From NCBI GenBank assembly GCA_963708135.1, contig OY970192.1, positions 3,776,001 to 3,840,000 of the forward strand: DNA of 64,000 nucleotides, given 5' to 3'. Positions 57,755-64,000 of the stretch are shown one piece after another. A program made the position numbers and the translations under genes. The DNA is from an uncultured Gemmatimonadales bacterium (lineage in GTDB: Bacteria; Gemmatimonadota; Gemmatimonadetes; Longimicrobiales; RSA9). Each line of letters starts with the position of its first letter. Within the stretch, counting starts at the first letter, position 1. The notes beneath the pieces were generated by a model. That model was not told the origin of the DNA, did not search any database, and worked only from the letters and a program-made list of their open reading frames with translations.

Positions 57755-60311
57755 ATGATGTCTGACGAGACCCTCGCGAAGACCATGACGAGCCAGCTCC
57801 AGTCGGCGTTGAGTGGCCGATACCAGATCGGTCGCCTGCTCGGCGAGGGCGGGATGGCGGTCGTATTTGAAGCCACCGACCTGAAGCATGACCGCCAGGT
57901 GGCCGTCAAGGTGCTGCGTCCCGAGCTCTCGGCCGTGCTGGGCGCGGACCGCTTCCTTCGCGAGATCCGGGTTACTGCCAAGCTTCAGCATCCCCATATC
58001 CTGCCGTTGTACGACTCAGGAGCGGCGGGCGAGCTGCTCTATTACGTCATGCCCCTGGTGCAGGGCGAGTCGCTGCGCGATCGCCTGAGCCGCGAGCGCG
58101 AGATGCCCGTCTCGGAGGCCATCGCGGCCGTGAAGGCCATTGCCGGAGCGCTCGACTACGCTCACCGGCAGGGCGTGCTGCATCGCGATATCAAGCCCGA
58201 AGACATTCTGCTTCACGACGGTCAGCCGATGCTCGCAGACTTCGGAATCGCACTGGCCGTCAGCTCGGCGGGCGCGAGCCGGCTGACCCAGACCGGCCTG
58301 TCCGTCGGCACCCCGACGTACATGAGTCCGGAGCAGATGTCTGGTGAACGGCCCCTGGATGGGCGGAGCGACATTTTCGCGCTGGCGTGCGTCGCATACG
58401 AAACGCTGGCAGGCGTACCACCGTTCGCCGGATCCTCGGTACAGGCCGTGGTTGCGGCCGTGATGCTGGGTGCAACAAAGCCACTGACGACGTTGCGCAG
58501 CGCAGTCCCGGAGCCGGCTGCCGCCGCGATTCATCAGGCCCTGGCCTCGGTGCCGGCTGACCGGTTCGCAACCGCCGCTGAGTTCGCCGAGGCGCTGACT
58601 GCCGATACTCGTGCGCGCCGAGTCGCGATTCGCACCCGGTTGCGACGCGGGACCGTGGCCTGGGCTGGGCTGGCTGCGGTTCTCGGCATGGCGGTCGGAA
58701 TTGCGGCGTACCGGATGCTGACTCCCGCCCCCGAACCTCCCATCCGCCACTGGAACATCGTGCTTCCCGATGAAGCGCGGGTGGCGCTCGCGGGAGCGGG
58801 CTCCAGCGCTGGACCGCAGACAGCCATCGCCCTCTCGCCCGAGGGAGATCGGCTGGCGTATGTCGCCACGACCGGAGCCACGACCGTGCTCGCGGAACGC
58901 CAGCTGGTCAACGATTCGACCATTACGTTCACGGGCACCGAAGGGGCGTATCATCCCTTCTTCTCGCCCGACGGCGCCTGGATCGGATTCTTCTCCGGCA
59001 ACTTCCTGCGCAAGGTGCCGGCAAGGGGCGGCGACGCGATCACGCTGGCGCAGGTGAACCGCATAACCGGTGCTCACTGGAGCAGCGATAACCAGATCTT
59101 CGTGCTGGAAAACGAAGGGTTCGAACTGCACCGGATTTCGCCGAGCGGCCTACGCACCGATTCGGTGGTGCTTCTGACCACCCAGTTCGGCACGTCGGCC
59201 GAACTGCCGGGCGGTGATTGGGCCGTGGGACAGTTGAGCTCGGGCCAACTGGCGCTGCTGTCCCTTGCCAGTGGTACGGAGCTCGCCATTACCCGTCGTG
59301 GGGTAGTGCCGCTCGATTCGGTGCGGCAGTCCGGCCTGCTCTTCGGAACGAGTCCCCATTGGCTGCCGAACGGATACCTGCTCTTCGCCACAGGTGATGG
59401 GGTGCTGATGGCGATGCCGTTCGATGGGAAGCGGCGCCGCGTGCTGGGGGAGCCGGTGCCGGTCGCGACCGGAGTGCGCATGGAGGCGGGCTTTGGGTAC
59501 GCCGACTTCACGGTGTCGCGCGAAGGCACCATCATCTACGTGCCGGGAGGGAACCAGCTGTACGTGAACATCGCGTTCCTGGGACCGAACGGGCAAATGG
59601 ACACACTGCCGTTCCCGCGCGGACAGTATACTCAGCCGCGCCTCTCGCCCGATGGCACCCGACTCGCCGTTCAGGCCAGGAATCCGATCGGGGGGTGGGA
59701 AGTGCTCCTGATGGACCTGTTGACCGGCGTGCGGCAGAAGGTGGATGTGGAGGGCAACTACCGAGCTTTCCCGGCGTCATGGTTGCCAGGTGGGACCGAG
59801 CTGATGATCGGCCTGTGGGACCCCGTACAGTTCCTAAATTACGGCGCCAGAGTCCAGTCGCTAGAGACGGGAAAGTGGCGGGATATCAATCTTAAGGGCG
59901 CCTCGTACATGACAGTGGCACCGGATGGCAGTCAGTTTGTCTTCAACGATTGGCGTACCGGCGACCGGTGCGGTGTCCGTCTCGCCGGTCCCGCCTACCG
60001 GCGCCATTTACCAGGTGGCTGAGCAGGGTCAGATGCCCCTCTGGACGCCGGATGGGGCCGGGCTGATCTTCCGCAACGGCAATCGCTACTACCGTGTACC
60101 AGTCTCATTCGCCAAAGGCTTCCACGCGGGCCGGGCCAAGCTGATCGCCGAGGGCGCATTCCTCTCCACCTTCGCGTGGAACCACGATATCGCTCCCGAC
60201 GGACGCCTGCTGGTCCTGCTGAACAGCCCGGATGTGACGGCAACGAGGCTGGGTGTCATCACCAGCTTTCCTGCTGCGGTGGAGAGCCTCGCGAGCACTC
60301 GCCGCCGCTAG
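57755..60311 (+). pseudogene. Ser/Thr kinase - TM - TolB-like beta-propeller, frameshifted near the C-terminus (~59963)
   Basis: GEGGMAVV, VAVK, HRDIKPED, DFGIA, GTPTYMSPEQ; SPDG repeats. The final propeller blades (PLWTPDG..HDIAPDGRLLVL) are in another frame ending at 60311. Confidence 0.82.
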
Positions 60312-60369
60312 TTCCGGTTCTTGCGGCTCAGCTCCAGCAGCGATCCCTTCCCCGACTGCACCAGAATTG

Positions 60370-60477
60370 GTTGACCGGGCTGAAATTCGGGCCACCGTTG
60401 AGACACACGAATCGGCGCCCGAGCACCGTGCATTCGACGGTCAACGCTGCCCCGGCGCTCCCGGAGTCGGACGTCAC
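60370..60477 (-). pseudogene. Fragment of a VOC/PhnB-like (3-demethylubiquinone methyltransferase family) gene
   Basis: SGSAGAALTVECTVLGRRFVCLNGGPNF resembles the family core G.VLTVEF.L.G..F..LNGGP.F; both ends are missing. Confidence 0.6.
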
Positions 60478-63400
60478 GGGGCCGCCTCCGCGTTCTGTGC
60501 GGGCGGCGGCCCGTGGGGCGGCAGACCCGCCCGGGCGAGGATCGCGTCGAAGCGGGGGTCGCCCCACAGCTCGGCGAGCCAGGGCAGCGTGCGGATGGAG
60601 GTCATGTTCGCGGAGCGGTCCCGTGCCGCCCGGTCGAGCGACGCGAAGGCGGCGGCGCGGTCACCCATGGCGAGCTGGACCTCCGCCACGTTCACACGGT
60701 CCATGTACGGCTGGGCGAGCAGCTGGCCGAGAATGCGACGGGCGGCCGCCGTGTCGCCCAGCCGCGCGAGACACATGGCCTGCCTGCTCCGGCCGGCGAG
60801 CTGGCCAGGCGGCACCGGGTGGAAGGTCCGGGCGCAGTCGGACCACCGGCCTGCGAGCGCGAACGCCACCGCCAGCGGTGGCGTGCTGTAGTAGACGGGC
60901 CCACCCGACAGCTCCGCGACCCGGCGAGCCAGGCGGAACGCGGCCGCGGTGTCGCGGCGCGCGATCGCGACGAACTCCTGCCAGCGCACCACTTCGGGGT
61001 TGAACGGGTCCAGCGTGGCGGCCGTGTCCAGCTCGCGCTCGGCGCCGTCGAAGTCTTCATCCACGTACAGCAGCAGGGTCGCGTACCGCAAGTGGGCGTC
61101 GCTCAACCCGGGATCGAGGGCGAGCGCGCGGCGGAACTCGCGCCGGGCGTCGGCGTAGCGCCACTGCCAGTCGTAGCGTGTGTCGCCCAGCACGGTATGC
61201 GCCAGCGCGGACGAGTCGTCGAGCTCCACGGCGCGCAGGGCGGCCTGCTCCGCGAGGGGCGTCATCGCCACCGGAGAGCGGTACGCATCGGCAAGCTGGC
61301 CGTACGCGTGCGACAGCCCCGCCCAGGCGGCGGCGTAGCTCGAGTCCAGCCCGATGGCCTGCCGGTAGAGCGCGACAGCCTGCTCGATGCTGTGCTCGTC
61401 GGCGACGAGGCAGAGCGCGTTCGCGCGCAGCACGAGATCGTGCGCGTCTGCGTTCGTCGTGCCGCGGCGAACCAGTGGGCTGCCGCCGAGCCGAAGGCGC
61501 AGCGCGTCGGTGATGGCCCGCGCGATGTCGTCCTCGAGGGCAAAGAGATTGCCCATCTTCCGGTCGTAGCGCTCGGACCAGAGCTGGACTCCAGTGCGCG
61601 TGTCCACGAGCTCCACGACAATGCGCACGGCGCTCCCGGCGCGCTGGACGGTGCCCGAGAGCAGCGTGCCGACCCCCAGATCCCGCCCCACCCTACGCGC
61701 GTCCACATCGGGGCCGCGGAAGCGGAAGGAGGACGCGCGGCCGATGACCGTGAGCCCCGGCAGGCGCGTCAACCCGTTCAGGATCTCCTCGCTCACACCG
61801 TCGCCGAGGTAGCGGTCGGCCGTATCGGCGCTCAGGTTGCTCAACGGCAGCACCGCCACCGAGCGAGGCGACGTGGGCACCGTGGCGGCCGCCCGTGACG
61901 GCGGCGCGCCCGCCCGCCTCATCGGCCGGATGAGGAGCGCCACCGCCGCGCCTGCCAGCGTGAGGATGCCGGCCAGCATGAGCAGCTCGATGCCGCCGAC
62001 GCGCTGGCTCCCCTTCTCGCCATGGTACCAGGCCAGGACCAGGACGACGGGAAGCGCGAGCGCCAGCAGCACCGTGGCGAGGCGCATCACCACATCGGGC
62101 CAGCCGAAGGGCGGCGCCAGCAGCGACAGGAGCTCGAGCGGACCCTGCTCGCTGGACTCGCTGCGCACGAGGAGGAGTCGGCCGTCGGCGGCCGCGTCGA
62201 GGTCAACGATTCCGTCCGGTGCGCCGGCGAGCGGCGTCGCGCGCCCAATGTGGATGCTCGGGCTCTCGGTGATGGCAACCGAGAGCAGGTGTCCGCCGGG
62301 GTCGGCGAAGTAGACCGTCGCGCCGGTGCGGCTCCACGCGATCGGCGCGCGGTGCGCGGTGGGGTCGAGCAGCACGCCGCCCGGCGAGATCTGCCAGCGG
62401 GTTCCAGGGTCGGCCAGGCGCGTGACGTACAGCTCGTCCCGGCCGCTTTCGTTCGATACGAAGGCGAGCAACCGGCCGTCGCGCGAGAGCCGCGGACCGC
62501 TCTCGTCCGCCGCCGTCGCCAGGATCGGCGTCGCGCGCAGCGAGCCGTCTCCGAGCTCGACTCGCAGGATGTCCCAGCCGGTGCCCGGCTGCTGCCGCTG
62601 CCCCGCGAGGATGCGCGGGTCCGGGGACCAGTCGAGGATCTCGGCACCGCCGGAGTCCGGCACCGTGCGCGCGATCGTCCGATCGGGCGAGCTGATCTCC
62701 ACCGACTTGTCGTCCTCGGCATAGAATGCGATCCGGCTCCCGTCGGGCGACCAGGCGTAGGTGAAGTACACCGCCGGAGTACGGCTCAGCGCGCTCCACG
62801 TCCGGTCGGCAGCGTCGTAGAGCGCCAGCGAGCGCAACCCCGTGTCTGGATCGCGGCGCTCGACGATGAACCGCTGCCCGTCGGGCGAGAGGCGCGCGCG
62901 GAGGAAGCGTCCTGGCTCGAGCAGCGTCGTCGTTCGGCCCGACGTGGGGTCGAACCACAGCACGCGGTTCCGCTCGATGGGCGCCGGCCGATACACGAGC
63001 ACATCGCCGGACGCCGCGGCGGAGAAGTTGGCCAGGAACCGGTACGGCCAGTTCTCCAGTCCCGGCACGAGGCTCACGGCGGGCCCGGTGAAGACGGCGC
63101 GGCGCGCATCGAAGGGACGGGCGAAGAGCAGACCTCGGCTCGCGTACACCAGGCGCCCGTCCGCGAGCGCCAGGTTGCTCGGGACATCGAGCAGCACGCG
63201 GGTCTCGCGCGTGCCGAGCTCGCCCACGCGCACCGTGCCCGCCGCTCCGGCTCCGCCCTCCGAGAAGAGGAAGTGTCGGCCATCGGGGAGGAACTGCGGG
63301 AGCCTCTGAGTGGTCGCGTGCCCCTCGCCGGCGACAAACGTCGCGGGCCGTGAGGTGCCGCCGCTCGCCGGGATCCGGAACAGCGGCCCGCCCACATCGG

Positions 63401-63998
63401 GCGCATAGAGGATCACGTCGGCGTCGCTCCAGCTCCCGCCGCGCCCGTTCAGCGCCGGCGCCAGATCGCGCACGGCGTCGCTCTGCAGGTCGATGCGCTT
63501 CAGCCGTCCGTCGGCGAAGAAGCCCAGGCTCGCGCCGTCGGGCGACCAGAACATGTACGCGGCATTGTGCGTCCCCGGCAGCTTGCGGAGCTCGCCGGTG
63601 GAGAGCGTCCGGATCCAGAGGGCCTGCTCGCTGCCGCACGCGGCGACGAAGGCGAGGCGGTCGCCGTCGGGAGAGAGCTGGACGAGGTTGGTGGTGGCGA
63701 CCGGCGCGTACGCGCATCCCGCCGGGGGCAGCAGGCTGGCATGCAGCGGGCGGCCGGGAGCGGCGCCGGAGTGCCGTGAGCCCCACACGGCGACGGCGGC
63801 CGCCGTCGCGATCAGCGCGGCGGTGCCAGCCACCGCCACGGGCCAGCGCGGGCGCCGCGCTCGACCTCGGGCCCGTGGGCCCGCTCGCGGTGAGCCGCTC
63901 GCGTCGTCGAGGGCGGCCGCGAAGGCGGCGGCGGAGCTGAAGCGATCCGCGGGGAGCTTGGCGAGCGCGGTCTCAATGGCGGCGTCGAGGTGTGCTGG
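60474..63998 (-). CDS. Large chimeric signalling protein, 5'-truncated by the window edge: kinase C-lobe end - TM - TolB-like propeller - 2 TM - TolB_N-like - TPR
   Basis: The frame is open from the window end: ALAKLPADRF (kinase end), TM, SPDG repeats, then FGWP..LALPVVLVLAWYHGEKG, SVAVLPLSNLS..SSFRF..WSERYDR, and TPRs. Confidence 0.88.
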   Translation of the reverse strand, partial: PAHLDAAIETALAKLPADRFSSAAAFAAALDDASGSPRAGPRARGRARRPRWPVAVAGTAALIATAAAVAVWGSRHSGAAPGRPLHASLLPPAGCAYAPVATTNLVQLSPDGDRLAFVAACGSEQALWIRTLSTGELRKLPGTHNAAYMFWSPDGASLGFFADGRLKRIDLQSDAVRDLAPALNGRGGSWSDADVILYAPDVGGPLFRIPASGGTSRPATFVAGEGHATTQRLPQFLPDGRHFLFSEGGAGAAGTVRVGELGTRETRVLLDVPSNLALADGRLVYASRGLLFARPFDARRAVFTGPAVSLVPGLENWPYRFLANFSAAASGDVLVYRPAPIERNRVLWFDPTSGRTTTLLEPGRFLRARLSPDGQRFIVERRDPDTGLRSLALYDAADRTWSALSRTPAVYFTYAWSPDGSRIAFYAEDDKSVEISSPDRTIARTVPDSGGAEILDWSPDPRILAGQRQQPGTGWDILRVELGDGSLRATPILATAADESGPRLSRDGRLLAFVSNESGRDELYVTRLADPGTRWQISPGGVLLDPTAHRAPIAWSRTGATVYFADPGGHLLSVAITESPSIHIGRATPLAGAPDGIVDLDAAADGRLLLVRSESSEQGPLELLSLLAPPFGWPDVVMRLATVLLALALPVVLVLAWYHGEKGSQRVGGIELLMLAGILTLAGAAVALLIRPMRRAGAPPSRAAATVPTSPRSVAVLPLSNLSADTADRYLGDGVSEEILNGLTRLPGLTVIGRASSFRFRGPDVDARRVGRDLGVGTLLSGTVQRAGSAVRIVVELVDTRTGVQLWSERYDRKMGNLFALEDDIARAITDALRLRLGGSPLVRRGTTNADAHDLVLRANALCLVADEHSIEQAVALYRQAIGLDSSYAAAWAGLSHAYGQLADAYRSPVAMTPLAEQAALRAVELDDSSALAHTVLGDTRYDWQWRYADARREFRRALALDPGLSDAHLRYATLLLYVDEDFDGAERELDTAATLDPFNPEVVRWQEFVAIARRDTAAAFRLARRVAELSGGPVYYSTPPLAVAFALAGRWSDCARTFHPVPPGQLAGRSRQAMCLARLGDTAAARRILGQLLAQPYMDRVNVAEVQLAMGDRAAAFASLDRAARDRSANMTSIRTLPWLAELWGDPRFDAILARAGLPPHGPPPAQNAEAAP

Positions 63999-64000
63999 GA

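Noticed and set aside
63839..64000. Separate start at 63839 or a frameshift in the last gene
   Set aside because: The frame stays open to the window edge and encodes the kinase C-terminal motif ALAKLPADRF, so the gene begins outside the window.

Overview
Very GC-rich bacterial chromosomal window. The gene repertoire (a SusC/SusD pair in a high-GC genome, PadR plus duplicated orphan ABC permease, four Hanks-type Ser/Thr kinases, SARP-TolB-TPR regulator, kinase-coupled ECF sigma, several M28/M1 peptidases) points to Gemmatimonadota or a similar soil/sediment lineage; this is inference. About 40 plausible genes are mostly transport, peptide/carbohydrate hydrolysis, redox and signalling functions. 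I see no rRNA, tRNA or CRISPR array. Most interesting: (i) a kinase whose catalytic-loop Lys and P+1-loop Thr are both replaced (HRDVRLDN / GEPSH) and which ends in a sensor-less 3-TM anchor; (ii) an in-frame, topologically coherent chimera kinase-propeller-TM-TolB_N-TPR containing the same kind of anchor; (iii) two adjacent intergenic tandem arrays (3x49 bp and a 7-unit 60-61 bp hairpin-derived array); (iv) a recurring pattern of internal deletions and gene remnants; (v) an IS630 element in a MATE pseudogene whose reconstructed empty site carries a stop; (vi) several apparently leaderless sigma70 promoters. Family assignments come from motif recognition by eye, with no database searches.
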